Below, piece after piece: positions 51,590 to 63,870 of a stretch of 64,000 bases of DNA. Source of the DNA: Lama glama. Taxonomy: Eukaryota. Location of the stretch: NCBI GenBank assembly GCA_028534125.1, contig CM052823.1, positions 6,014,001-6,078,000 of the forward strand. The letters are read 5' to 3'. Position 1 is the first letter of the stretch, and each line of letters starts with the position of its first letter. Below the pieces are notes generated by a model. That model had not been told where the DNA came from, ran no database searches, and saw nothing but the letters and a program-made list of their open reading frames with translations. The position numbers and the translations under genes are program-made.

Positions 51590-51830
51590 AAAGACAGCTA
51601 ACGTTCACTAAGTCCTAACTCCCTGCCAGGCACAATGCCAAGCACTCTATATGTCACCTTTTTTTCCAGCCCTTATAACAACCCTCTGAGATATGTACTG
51701 TTAAATTATCTCTTCATATATTAGGAATCTGAGAATTATTAACTTGCCTGAAATTGTCTATCTTGGAGGTGGCTAAGCAGGATCTTGACTCCAGGTTTGC
51801 CTGAATCCAAAATCAGAGCTTCAACATCTA
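51590..51830 (-). mobile_element. MIR
   Basis: agctaacgttcactaagtcc...tgccaggcacaatgccaagcact...ataacaaccctctgagat. Confidence 0.75.
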
Positions 51831-53329
51831 GCATTTACCCCCTCGTTACCAATACACAAAGAATTGCTGTGTCCACTGTCCTGAGTGCTGAACTGAGTGC
51901 TGTCCCGACTCCGTAAAAGCTGAGGCAATGAACTTAGAGGTGGCAAAGCAGAGGCATAATGATGTTGAGACACATGCTTACTTGACTCCTAAACTCGAGC
52001 TCCTAACCACTGCACCTGAGGGCAATTCTCCTGTGAAGATGCAGCAGGAAAGATCAACTTTTGTTCACTTTTACAATTTTTTTTTTAAAAGAAGGAAAGT
52101 GCCCCTGGATGAACAAGAATTGAAGAGTCTTACCAGTTTAATGCAGAATAAAGCAAAACAGGAATTAGCAGTGAATCCTGCTTTGGGGGTGTATGTACAC
52201 CATCAGCAGAACAAACTAAAACTCAAAAAGAAGAACTTCGCAAATACATTGTAGATCGCGTAGGAGGGCTCACTCCGGAATTCTTCACGGCATTGCTTTG
52301 GTGTGCTCAAGAACTTCAGGCCACGTGCACGCACACCAAGTAAAGTGAATAATTGTAGCAAACGGCCTACATGTTCTTGGGGGAAAATAAATGAGGATGA
52401 GAATTACTCAGGCAGAACAAAGAACCTGGGGATTCCACTTCTAGGAATCGATCCTGTGTATTACATGATCTACGCACAAGGCTGTTTGTTGTAGTTTTGT
52501 ATGTGTATGTCTAACAGTGAAAAATTGCTAATGAGCGAAATGGACTTTATTAAATTAATTACAGTGCACGCATAATATGGAATACCAGACAGCCTAAAAA
52601 CACTTTAGCTTTGACATGGAAAGGTCTGAAAATCTAAAAGTCAGTTGTGGAACAAAATACATGGTTGAATCCGAATTATGTCAAAAAAATTCAGATCCAT
52701 CAGAAACAGGTATGTATCACATGTTGAACCAGTGGGAGACTATGTTTCTAGCACGATTTGGCCATTAGAGATGGAGACCTTTTCTTTATTGTGGCAATCA
52801 CTGAAAAACTTTAGCTGAAAAATATTTGACATCTCAATTACTCATGATTCATGTAATCAGATAGAATCAATTAATAAAGTCAAAATATACAGAGCGACTA
52901 AAAATAGCAGAGCCAGCGCACACAGTTATGCAGGTATAAGCAGAACAGGAAGGAACCACAGCACACACCTAGCGATGAACACCCGAGAGTGATGTGAAAA
53001 GTAACTTTGCCAGGTTAATTACTGGTGCATTAGGCAGAACGCAATCATTTTGTTGGGAGTACAATATTTTTACTTTCATGGGCATGTGGGACAACACAGG
53101 AAAGGAGATAAGGTGAAAAGCACCGGGGGTTGGCAAACCCTGGTCGCAGGACCTGGCAGGTACGGAGGGAAGCAAGCAAGCTCTCACTCATCAGGTCAGC
53201 TGCGGCTTCATCCTTGCAGAAAGCCAGGGAGCCTCGTGCAGTCGGCAGTCTATCCTGCTAGGTACTCAGGGCTTCCTAGATGCTCGGCCTGGGAACACAC
53301 AGGTGAGCACAAGCCAGCAGTCGTGCCAG

Positions 53330-53640
53330 CTTTCATGGGTGTGTAGGCCAGAGGGCTAGTGGGGCAGGGACACACGTTAATTAAATAGGTACAGGGGTCT
53401 CCGTATAAGCACAGACTGCAATGAATATGACAAAGAAGTTTGTTCTGAATGATAACAGGTAGAGGTAAGAGAGCATTGCTCCAAAAGGATGTTTGAACCC
53501 AGCCTTAAGAACGGATAGGAAAAAATGCAATTAAACAATAAAAAAGAATAAGGTAGGAAAAATAAAGTGAGAGTGGGGGAGGGTGGAAATGCAAATGGGG
53601 GAAGAACATTCTAGGCACAGAAAACAGAATGTTCAAATGT
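53330..53640 (-). mobile_element. L2 fragment
   Basis: ggatgtttgaacccagccttaagaacggatagga...gaagaacattctaggcacagaaaacag. Confidence 0.6.
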
Positions 53641-53669
53641 CTGTGAGAACTTTATCAACATTCATCAAC

Positions 53670-53900
53670 TCAGGCAGTTCTCACTACTTTTTGAGATAGG
53701 TAGATAACACTTCACTTTCATTTCACTTCATTTTCTCATTTTACAGGTGCAAAAACGGACGCACAGAGATTAAGTAATGTGTCCAGGATCCACAGCGCAA
53801 ATCCTAGTGGTACCTCTGTCTGTCGGAGCTCAGCTCCACCACCTGCTGTGTGACCCTGGCAAGTCACCTGCCCTCTCTGAGCCTCACCTCTCACCTCTGT
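53670..53900. mobile_element. Two MIR fragments (- then +)
   Basis: cattttacaggtgcaaaaacggacgcacagagattaagtaa and gctgtgtgaccctggcaagtcacctgccctctctgagcctca. Confidence 0.75.
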
Positions 53901-53949
53901 GGGAGGGAGCTGGCAGCTGGGAGCACTGTTGGTAGGAAGTCTTGTTCTT

Positions 53950-54686
53950 TTTTTATTAATCTTTTTTTTTTTTAATTGACGTCTAGTCAGTTTACAGTGT
54001 GTCAATTTCTGGTGCGCAGCATAGTATTTCAGTCATACATATACATACATATATTCATTTTCATATTCTTTTTCATTATAGGCTACTAAAATATATTGAA
54101 TATAGTTCCCTGTGCTATACAGAAGAAACTTGTTGTTTCTCTATTTTATATATAGTAGTTAGTAACTGCAAATCCCAAACTCCCAGTTTATCCCTTCTCA
54201 CCCCATTTCCCCCCAGTAGTCATAAGTTTGTTTTCTGTCTGTGAGTCTGTTTGTTTTTCACATAAGTCCATTTGTACCTTTTTTTAAGATTCTACATGTT
54301 CGTGATATCATATGGTATTTTTCTTTCTCTTTCTGGCTTGTTTCGCTTAGCTTGATAATATCCAGGTCCATCCATGTTGCAGCAAATGGCATTATTTCAT
54401 TCTTTTTTATGGCCAAGTAATATTCCATTGTATAAATATAGCACAGCTTCTTTATCCAGTCATCTGTCGATGGACATTTAGGTGGCTTCCATGTCTTGGC
54501 TATTGTGCATAGTGCTGCTATGAACATTGGGGTACATGCATCTTTTTGAGTTAGTTTTCTCTGGATACATGCCCAGGAGTGGGCTTGCTGGATCATACGG
54601 TAAGTCTATTTTTAATTTTTTGAGGAATCTCTGTACTGTTTTCCATAATGGCTGCACCAAAATATATTCCCACCAGCCGTGTAGAA
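53950..54686 (-). mobile_element. 5'-truncated young (camelid-type) L1
   Basis: ORF 54258-54596 encodes an L1 ORF2 C-terminus ([29 protein letters not shown]...PFAATWMDL); poly(T) at left; degenerate TSD aggaagtcttgttctt (53934-53949) / aggaggtccttttctt (54687-54702). Confidence 0.95.
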
Positions 54687-54769
54687 AGGAGGTCCTTTTC
54701 TTGCGTGTGGAGGCTCGGGTAGAAGGCAGAGTCACTGTCACTAGCGTCACAGGGTCAAGGTACTTCACC

Positions 54770-55020
54770 AGGAAGCAGCACTAACAGGGCGAGCGTCGTG
54801 AAGTGCAGAGTGGTGCTGAGTGCCCCAAGTACGTGATCTGTCCCTTGAGACGTGCACGTGATCGTGTTCTCACGGCAACACCGCACAGCTCTGCTCAGAG
54901 ACAAGGCGCTGGGACGAGGAAGGGGGAACAGCTGGTCCAGGATCATGCAGCTAGTACTCAGTAGACCACGACTCAAACCCAAGTCTGAGGATGCCTGCAG
55001 CCCCCTTTTGCAACACTGGC
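54770..55020 (-). mobile_element. MIR (degraded)
   Basis: gtggtgctgagtgcc...gtccaggatcatgcagctagtactcag...gactcaaacccaagtctg. Confidence 0.6.
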
Positions 55021-55679
55021 TGGACCAAGGTCCTTCCTGGGACTTTGGCCTGAGCAGTGCCACCCGGGCCAAGCGCCCGATGCAGGACTCTGCCTGCCAG
55101 GGGAAGGGGCACCTTGTCTCATCTGAGCAAAGCGGCCTGTAAACAAGCTGTGGCCTTGCCACATGCTCTTTTTCTCAGCAGAGCCACCCTGAGGGCCCAC
55201 TTTGCTGGAGCAAGATGGGCTCCCCCAAGACTCACTGTATTTAGATGACAAGCAGAGACTCTCCTTGGCCTTACATTAGCCAGATCCTTCCTTCCACAAA
55301 TACACGGGATGAGTGTTTAAAAACGAAAGAATAAAACTGAATCCCTGTTATTTCATAGCCAGGGTGTGGCAAGGCCTGAGAGTCCCAAGTTAAAAAATGA
55401 CCCCCCAGATACAGCGGGAGAATGCGTGCAGGAGTCTCTTAGCTCTAGAGGAAGTGCCAGCTGGGAACGCACACACCTGGGGTGGCGTGGGCCAATGCAT
55501 CCCCCGGTGCCCACCTTCCAAGGTGCAAGAGGACGAGGTGAGCGAGGTGATGCCCACTGTCAGACACAACGTCATACATGTTGCCCTGCGGGTTGATGTC
55601 ATCCCTCTCCGGGTGATAAGGTAAAGGAACGGAAATCCCTGCCCTAAGGGAGACATGGTCAGTTTCCTGGGTGGGACAG

Positions 55680-55920
55680 CAGAAGAGTGGTGGTTAGTTG
55701 TGTGGACTCTGGGCCAGACCACGAGATTCAGACGTTCAGTTTCCATCTCTCACTTAACTAGCGCTGGAACTGGTCAGGACACTCACCTCTACAAGCTTCC
55801 ATTTCCTAAACTTTAAAGGGGATTGCTAGCCACTACTTCATAGCACTGCTCCTTGGCTGCAGTGATCCAAAGCAAGGGTGCATGCGGAAGCCCAGACACT
55901 CCCGGTGCCCATCTAGATTG
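55680..55920 (+). mobile_element. MIR
   Basis: gagtggtggttagttgtgtggactctgggccagac head and core remnants. Confidence 0.7.
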
Positions 55921-56079
55921 TTGCCCATCATAGTTACTACCGCTTGCCCTTAGCAATGAGGCACACTCTCCTCACCAAAATGAAAGATCAGCTTCAAGGT
56001 GGGATGTCTCAAATCCAAATGATCTCTCACCAGAACATCTTTTCTCCTTTTCAAATTACTAAATCCAGATTATTCTCTT

Positions 56080-56360
56080 TATAGATCAGTGCCCATTTCA
56101 CATCTTCCCGGAAGCCTTCCTTTGCTCTAGCCTGGTCTTAAGGTCTCTTCTCTGGAATCCCTTAGAAACTTCCTTGTACCATTCATCACTGTGTGTCCTA
56201 ACTAGCAGGTAACTTATCTGCTCTTCTATTGAACAGTGAGAATTTTGCAGCCAGGAAGTGCATTTTATTAAGTTCTGTCTCTTTAGTGTTCAGTTCCATG
56301 CCTGAATGTAGTAGATTTCCTATAAATATTTACTGGATGACTGTGTAGATGACTGAATGA
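56080..56360 (+). mobile_element. L2 3' end
   Basis: cacatcttcccggaagccttcc...atgcctgaatgtagtagatttcctataaatatttactggatga...tgaatgaa. Confidence 0.7.
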
Positions 56361-57964
56361 AATAGCCTAAGAAGATGCATTATTGAAGTGGGAGAAAAAG
56401 AGGGCAGTGAATGAACTCTCTGAGTTCTATGTAAGCCGCAGCAGGAGATCTTGGGCGAGTCATTTGGCCACTGTGTCTAGATGCACTTATCTGTGAAGCA
56501 GAAAATGACACGGACCACATTTGCACTTTCAAGATCCTTTGGAACAACTAAGAATTGCAGAGTGCTAAAAAAAAAAAATTGAAAGACAACAGAACTGCCC
56601 CCGCCCCTCCCCCCTCAAAAAAAAGTGGGAGAAGAGGATAATTCACAGCAGCAGATGTGCAGGTCATTGAAACAGCCCACACAAGCGCGGCATTGTGTGT
56701 TAGCCGCGTCAGACTTGGATCCAAATCTGAAACATCGCGGGCTGGGCACTGCCCCTTTGGCACTGCAGGCAGGCAGGTCCCTTTGGGTCAGTGTTGGGCT
56801 CCACCGTCACCTCGCTCGGTCACAGTGTAGGTGACATCAGCATCCACGAGTAACAAGCCAGCGTTTTCCACTTTTATCCGCACTTTAAGTCAAAGTTGGG
56901 GGAGCTGCTTGAAAAGTTGGAAGTAGGTTTCAGGGTCACTCGATGTTCATGGCAATGAATTCTCATAAAACAGAAAGGAAGAAATAGTTACAGATCCTTT
57001 TAATCTGCCTCTCACCAGCATTTCTCTGCTGAAAAGTTCTGCGGGTATCTGCTGGGGCGCTGGAATTTAGGTCAATGACATTCATGCTGCCTCTTCGAAC
57101 AGAATCTTTCTGCAGCAAGTGCATGATTTCCTGTTATGACTGTGGATCTCGGCAGCAGTGAAGTGACTGTAAAGGCTTCCATCCTGTTTGTTTATAATTC
57201 TTAACAATGGGCTTTAGGGGAAGGAGGGACCGACGTCGCAAACGCTCTGCCGAGCGGCTCTCGGAGCAGGCGATGCCACCTGAATAATGCATGCCCACTT
57301 TGTGTGTGTACCCGACACCCACCCCAATGCAGGATAACTCCGCCGAGGGCTTTGAAGCACCTGCTCTGAACAGCTCCAATGACAGCCAAGAGTCCAGATA
57401 AGATCTGAGCTCTGCCTCCTCCCCACCACCCCGCTTGCCAGGCCGCCCCCATTTCCCTTTTTGCATTTGAAATAAGCTCTGAGACTAAGCCGCCAAGAGA
57501 TGCTGTCAGAGAGGCACTTGCTTGTGTGTGGCTCCTATCAGTCCCTTCCTGTCTAGCCCCACCTGGTTCTCATGCCTGTGCCAGCATGGCAAGGGCCACC
57601 TCCCAAATGCCTGTGCCTTCGGCCCCTCCCCCCGCCAGCCACCCTCCACGCAGAGGCGGCTGGTAGCAGCCCCAAAGGCACACGGCTTAGATTCAAAACA
57701 CACTCCCTCCACAGCGTGCCCTTATCCTGCTTAACACCCTTTGGTGACACTCCGTGTGACAATTTCCAAGTTGTTTTTGAACTTCTTAGCCTAGCACACG
57801 AGGCCTTTCCTGACCTGTTACGCTGCAGCCTCACAGCCCCCTGGTCTCACTCGGTCCCTGGACTCTAGCCATCTGCCCTGAGTTTCCCTCCAGTCCCACC
57901 TGCATCTTCACACCTGCTCACCCTACTTCTGTTGTCCTCTCTGTCCATCAACCCTCACAGCAGC

Positions 57965-58195
57965 TGCAACCACAGCAATAGAATAGTAGTCAACACTCCC
58001 GACTGCTTCATCGATTCCAGGCACACTATGCATGCCTTTATTGAACCCTCAGAACCACGCTGCTGGGCGTGGATGTTTCCTAGCTCCATCGTGAAGAAGC
58101 CCAGGGAGCCTCAGGGTGATAGCAGTTCTCCAAGGTTCACACAGCTAGAACGCTGGTGAGCTCATGTTCCAAACCCGAGTCCGTTATCAACCATG
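57965..58195 (-). mobile_element. MIR (degraded)
   Basis: ccaaggttcacacagctagaacgctggtgagc...ttccaaacccgagtc. Confidence 0.6.
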
Positions 58196-59202
58196 ACATC
58201 GCATCACCACTTACTCAACCCTGAGCTTCACTTAATCTTCACCTGTCCTTAAAAATTGCTCAAGTTCCAGCAACTCTGAAATGCCTTCTTCGAGGTACAG
58301 ATCTCCCCTACATCCTTCCCCGCTTAAATTCCACTTCTTTCTCCTTTTTGCACCAGCTGAGATGTTCTTCCTCAGCGTGGACAGAACAAAGCTTTGCCCT
58401 CCTCAAACCCCCGAACCTCCCAGAAACCCCTCAGAATCGCAAGATACAAGCCAGTGCCGTCTCCCTCACACATCTACTGCACGTTCATCAAAACTGGAGT
58501 CTTTCCCACCATGATACGTCCACTTTATTCCACACCACAAACATATATGTGTATTTATAAATGACTAAGTATAATACCGTTTCCAATATATATGGTATAA
58601 AAAGTGAAAACAAAACAGCTGTGTGACTGACCCAGTTCAGTGCCCCATCCTGGCCCCTTCCCTCACCAGCTGGGACACCTCCCCTCTCTTCTTGTCACTC
58701 TCTTATTTTCTTTATAGCTTCATCACTAGTTTGGATGCCTGAAAATTGTTGTCCATCATGGCCTGTGTTTGAATTTCATATACCTGGGAGCATACTGAAC
58801 AGGTGCTCCTGACAGCACGCTATTCTGCAGAGCTTGTCACCTGTCCCTTTTACATTTTGGTTCCATGTTGCTTCAAAGAGTCCCCCTTGCTGTTGTGCAT
58901 TCCTGTGCTTCCTTTTCCCTGCCGAACAAAATCCTCCTGTGCGACTAGGCCAGGCTGTCCTTAGATGGTCTCTCTGGTGTACATTTGTGTTCTTTCCAGG
59001 GATTTGCTAGATCAAGCTTCTATGGACTGATTATTCCACGTCTCCCAGATACCCACGTATAGGAGGTCTCCAGGGTGTGCACTGAGAGAGAGGAAGTGCC
59101 AGGATAAAGGGTGTGTGTAATTTCAGTGTTACCAGCTGATGGCAAATTGTTTTCCAAAGCAGCCTCACCCATTTGCAATCTCTTGAGAAATGTAAGAGTC
59201 TG

Positions 59203-59780
59203 ACCCCAGTGTTCATAGCAGCACTGTGTACAATGATCAAGACATGGAAACAACCCAAATGTCTATCAACAGATGACTGGATAAAGATGTGGCATAATTA
59301 TATAATGGAATACTACTCAGCCATAAAAAGGAATGAAAACATGTTATTCGCAGCAACATGGATGGACCAGGAGATCATCATTTTAAGCCAGAAAGAGAAA
59401 GAAAAATACCATATGACATCACTCTTCTGTACAATCTAAAAAAAGAAAAAAGGGGGACACTAATGAACTCAGCTACAAAACAGAAACAGGCTTGCAAACA
59501 TACCAAAAAAATCTTATGGTTGCAAGAGGAAAGGGAGTGGAAAAGGGTAAACTTGGGAGTTTCAGATTTGCAAATGTAAGTCACTATATATAAAAACAGA
59601 ACAAAACAAATTTCTTCTGTACAGCACAGGGAACTATATTCAATGTCTTGTAATAACCTTTAATGAAAAAGACTATGAAAACAAACATATGTATGTATGT
59701 GCATGACTGGGACATTGTGCTGTGCACCAGAAACTGACACATTATAACTGACTGTACTTCAATTAAAAAAGAAAAAAAAA
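59203..59780 (+). mobile_element. 5'-truncated young (camelid-type) L1 with perfect 17-bp TSD
   Basis: ORF2 C-terminus TPVFIAALCTMIKTWKQPKCLSTDDWIK; TSD agaaatgtaagagtctg at 59186-59202 and 59781-59797. Confidence 0.96.
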
Positions 59781-60396
59781 AGAAATGTAAGAGTCTGCCT
59801 CGGGCCCCCATCATTGCCAAAACTTACTATTGTCGGTTATTTGAATGTTTGCCCTTCTGGCGGATATGAAATAGTATCACATTATGATTCTCGTTTTTAT
59901 TCCCCTGTTTACCAGCACACATCTCCTTCACTGTCGCTGGACATTCGAGGTTCTGGTTTAGGGAGCTGACTGCTCAAGTCTTTTGACCATCTTTCTATTA
60001 GGTCACTTGCATTTTTCTTACTGATACACAGGCGTTCTTTATCCTGTACAGTAATCAGTTTTCAATGCTATAAATATCTTCTCCATTTTTAGAGATTATA
60101 TTTTCTGTACTTTGCTGTCTTTTGAATTTATTAAACTTTTCTTTTGTGGATTTTGCTCTTTGTGACTCGTTTTGAGAAAACTCTCTTCACATAAATTCAT
60201 TCAATGCGTTATTCTACGTTTTCTTTTATTACGTTTATCACTTTGCCTTTCACACATAAGTATTTTTTAACCTGAAATTTATTTTGGTGTATATTATGAT
60301 GTAGAGTTCTAATTTTGTTGTGGATTAAAAATTGTCCCATGCCACATATTTAAAAATCCATTATTTACCACTGATTTGTAATGCTACTTCTGCACA

Positions 60397-60403
<7 letters not shown>

Positions 60404-60433
<30 letters not shown>
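60404..60433. repeat. (CA)n microsatellite
   Basis: About 15 uninterrupted AC units. Confidence 0.95.
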
Positions 60434-60435
<2 letters not shown>

Positions 60436-60977
60436 TGACTGAATCTGTTTCATTGGTTGGTTTGTTTAACCCGGGAACCATATCACACTGCCTTAATTAC
60501 TATCATTAAACTAATTATTGATATCTGCACAAGCCAGCCAGTCAACCCCATTCTTCTCATTCAGAAGGATTCCCCCTTCTCTTGCCATTTGCAATTCCAT
60601 ATAGATTTTAGAATCAGCCTGTCAAATTTCACACATATTCCCACATGCCCACAAAACCTATTGGGATGGTCTTCGAATCACAATGACTCTGTAGATCAAT
60701 GCAGAGAGAGTCATCCTACACGTGACATTGACTCTTCCAGTCTGTGGACCCACGTTCTCTTCATTTCTGTAGATCTTCAAGGTCTCATAATCACTGTTTT
60801 TCTAATTTTCTTCATGAAGACTTTGGACTTATTTTGTTAAATGCATTCATAAGTGAGTTAGGAACTTTGTTTCATATTATTGAAGGTAAAATATGAGATA
60901 AAGAGTGACAGATAAGCTTGATGAACGAGGCCACATCAACCAGGTCGCATTAGTATAGTCTTTAAATTTGAGAGTTT

Positions 60978-61208
60978 GAGGGATAAATTTGGGCAATTGA
61001 GATTTGCAAATGATGACCACTATAAAAAAATAGATAAACAAATTTCTTCTGTATAGCATTAGGAACTATATTCAATATCTTGTAATAACATTTAATGACA
61101 AAGAATATGAAAACAAATATATGTATATACATGCATGACTGGGACATTGTGCTGTGCCCGAGAAATTGACACATTGTAACTGACTGTACTTCACTTGAGA
61201 AAAAAAAA
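60978..61208 (+). mobile_element. Short young L1 3' UTR fragment
   Basis: Same 3' UTR as 59540-59780 (atgcatgactgggacattgtgctgtgc...ctgactgtacttca); TSD agagttt at 60971-60977 and 61209-61215. Confidence 0.92.
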
Positions 61209-61399
61209 AGAGTTTAGCCTTGATCTCAGAGGTGATCCAAAACCAAAGAAAATTTGTAACTGGTATTTGCAAGGGACTTTTTAGAGAAAAATGTACAGTT
61301 GGATTTAAAATAAATATTTATTTAAAGTGAGAAAAAAGGAAGGTTGGAAGGAGTCCTGCAGGTTAGGGACAGTGAACAGCATCAGTGTCAGTGGTGTCT

Positions 61400-62200
61400 T
61401 ATGCTACAGTGTGTAAGAGGCAGAGTCTCCGGGTGTTCCCCGGCGAATTTTTCTATCGTTCTGTTATTTTGTCGCACTAAGGCAGCAGTATATGGAGCAG
61501 ATTGAGGAAGATAAGATGTGGAGATTGCCTAGAAAAGTTTTTCAGTAGTTGCTCTGAACTGGTGTAAACCTGAGCCAAGACAGCAGTAGTCATCACAGGC
61601 TGGAATGGGAGAGGAGTGTGGGTTGGGAATTATTTCAGAGATTGAATTAACAAGATGTAGTCAGTTGTTTTGAGGAGAAGTAAAGTTAATGGCAACCAAA
61701 ATATTCCGGCTTGAGTGGATGTTGGATGGGTAGTCAGTGGTCGGGATCACTCACTGAGATAAGGAATTGAGGCATAAAGCTGAGTTTGAAGCATCGGTAG
61801 AAAGTCGAAAATGAGAAAGCCAGTAGGTACCTGAGTCAGGCACTCAGGAGGATCTTGGGGCAGGAGGCAGGGATCCAGGACTGATCAGTGCATGTGTAGC
61901 CTTGAATTCCGTGAGCATCTGGTGTGAGAAGAGAAGCGAAGATGACACCTTATCTTCTCGGACCACACACATGTGAGAGGTTGGCGGAGGAAGCAAGTCA
62001 CAAACAAAGCTGATGAGGAACAGTCAGAGAAGTAGAGGTTAGAGTGGTGAGGACTGTGCTGGAAGAAAAAGAAGAAAATATTTCAACAGAGGGTGATCAA
62101 CAGCATCAAATGTCCACCCCAAACCCAGAGGCCATCTAAGACGGATCCTGGAATGCGTCCCCTGGGCTTTGGACTTCAATGAAAGTAATTTCCTGCCAAG
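61400..62200 (-). mobile_element. L2 fragments
   Basis: gaggaacagtcagagaagtagagg...tttcaacagagggtgatcaacagcatcaaatg, antisense L2. Confidence 0.65.
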
Positions 62201-62284
62201 TCTACTACTCTTCCCACAAGATCATGATGATTTCCAAAGAGTTATACATCTATACATCTCATGATGTGGTTTTAAAAGGTCCCC

Positions 62285-62868
62285 TATTAGTGATCTATGG
62301 CTGATAACAAATTACTACAAATATAATTGCTTAAAACAGTACACACTTATTGTCCCATAGTCCCAGTGAACCAGAAGTCTAAGTGCAATTCAACTGGGTT
62401 TTCTGCTTTAAGTTCTCAGAAAACTGCAATCAGGGTGGCAGCCAGGGCTGTGGTCTCACTGAGGCTGGACTGGAGAAGGATCTGCCTCCAAGCTCGTGTG
62501 GCTGTGGGCAGCATTCGGTTCCCTGCAGGCTGTTAGACCATGAGCCCCAGTTTCTTGCTGGCTGTCTGCTGGAGGCTGCCTCCATTCCCTTGCCCTGTGA
62601 GGCAGCTTACCACACGGCAAGTTGCTTCTTCAAAGCCAACAAGCGGAGGAATGTCTCTCAGCAAGACAGATATTACAGTTATAATGTAGTAACAGGAGTG
62701 ACGTTCCATCACCTTTGCTGGGTTTTTTGTTTGTTTGTTTTTGTTTTTCGATTTTTGGTTGGAAGCAAATTATAGGTCCTGCCCACGTTCAAGGGAAGAT
62801 GATCACTCAAGAATGTGAACATTAGGAAATGAGAATTATGGAGGTTGCCCCAGAATCTGTGTGTCATA
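62285..62868 (-). mobile_element. MLT1F-like solo LTR
   Basis: taacaaattactacaaa...ttaaaaca...ggactggagaaggatctgcctccaagctc...gcttcttcaaagcca...ggagtgacgttccatcacctttgc. Confidence 0.85.
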
Positions 62869-62993
62869 GATCCCTTACCATATTAACCCCACCTTCTTAC
62901 CTATTCCCCTGTCAGCTGTTGGTCTTTCAAGACCAATTGCTGCCATTACTAGTCTGTACCCAGAGGAATTGGGTCACTGGCCAAATGTGCCTC

Positions 62994-63604
62994 TGACACA
63001 GGAAAATGTGGAGCAAGAGGATGGCCATGTCCCAGGTCTTGGTTGAATCTCTAGGACACGTCCTGCCACATGTGGGTCCTTGGCTTCATGCAGGAGAGAA
63101 TTCAAGAGTAAGCCACAGTTGAGTAAAGGTAGATTTATTCAGAGAGATGCACACTCCATAGACAGAGTTGAGGCTCTTGCAGAAGGCAAGAGAAAGGCCA
63201 AGAGGTGTCGGGGTTGGGTGCTCAGTTTAAAGTAAAAGTGGATACACACTCCACAGACAGAGTGCGAGCCATCTCATTCAGAAGGGAGAGCAGCCACAAG
63301 GCACAGTGTTGCTAGTTTTTATGGACTTGGTAACTACATATGCTAGCAAGTGGGAGGATTATTCCAACTACTTTGCAGAAGGGAGTAGGATTCCCAGGAA
63401 TTGGGCCATCACCCACCCTTTGATCTTTTCTGGTCAGCCTTAGAACTGCCCGGGCACCTGTGGGCGCGCAGTTCAGCAGCCATTGTATTACAATGCACAA
63501 TATTGAAGCTCAGTGTCTACTGGGAGTTGAATCTTCTGCCATCTTTGTGCTAATTGTCGTGTCATTCTTTTGATGGCTGGGCCCTGCCCCCTTCCTTCCT
63601 CTCA
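62994..63604 (-). mobile_element. ERV1 solo LTR, MER41-like, with 4-bp TSD
   Basis: TGA...TCA ends; TSD cctc at 62990-62993 and 63605-63608; minus-strand CATAAAAA (63316-63323) and AATAAA (63134-63139); gaataatcctcccacttgctagcatat resembles MER41. Confidence 0.85.
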
Positions 63605-63699
63605 CCTCTAATGCAAAACTTAATTTTTACCTGGATATTTAAAAGGCTCCAATTATTCACCTATGGCCACTGACCGTCCATATGTCTGCTTCTTACCGG

Positions 63700-63870
63700 A
63701 GTTTCTCTGGACACATTTCTTCTCTCTTCTGAACTTCAGTTTCCTCCTGTCATATAGGAAATAATAGTCCTTCATCCCAAAGATATTGTCAGATTACAGA
63801 ATTAATCAGAGTGATTAACACGAACTGCTTAGTGCAGTGCCTGCCCATAGCACTCGCTCCATGGTAGCCG
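63700..63870 (+). mobile_element. MIR
   Basis: ctgaacttcagtttcctcctgtcatataggaaataatag...gcttagtgcagtgcctgcccatag. Confidence 0.75.

Larger units (their letters stand above)
58540..60850 (-). mobile_element. Old L1ME-like element split by a younger L1
   Basis: Antisense ORF2 motifs run across the insertion: gatggcaaattgttttccaaag...aatgtaagagt | ...tgaaatagtatcacattatg...gccatttgcaattccatatagattttagaatcagcctgtcaaattt. Confidence 0.7.

Noticed and set aside
54258-54596. 112-aa ORF (also ORFs at 2606, 42843, 47918, 48384, 59173)
   Set aside because: These are L1 ORF2 remnants in truncated, inactive elements, not genes
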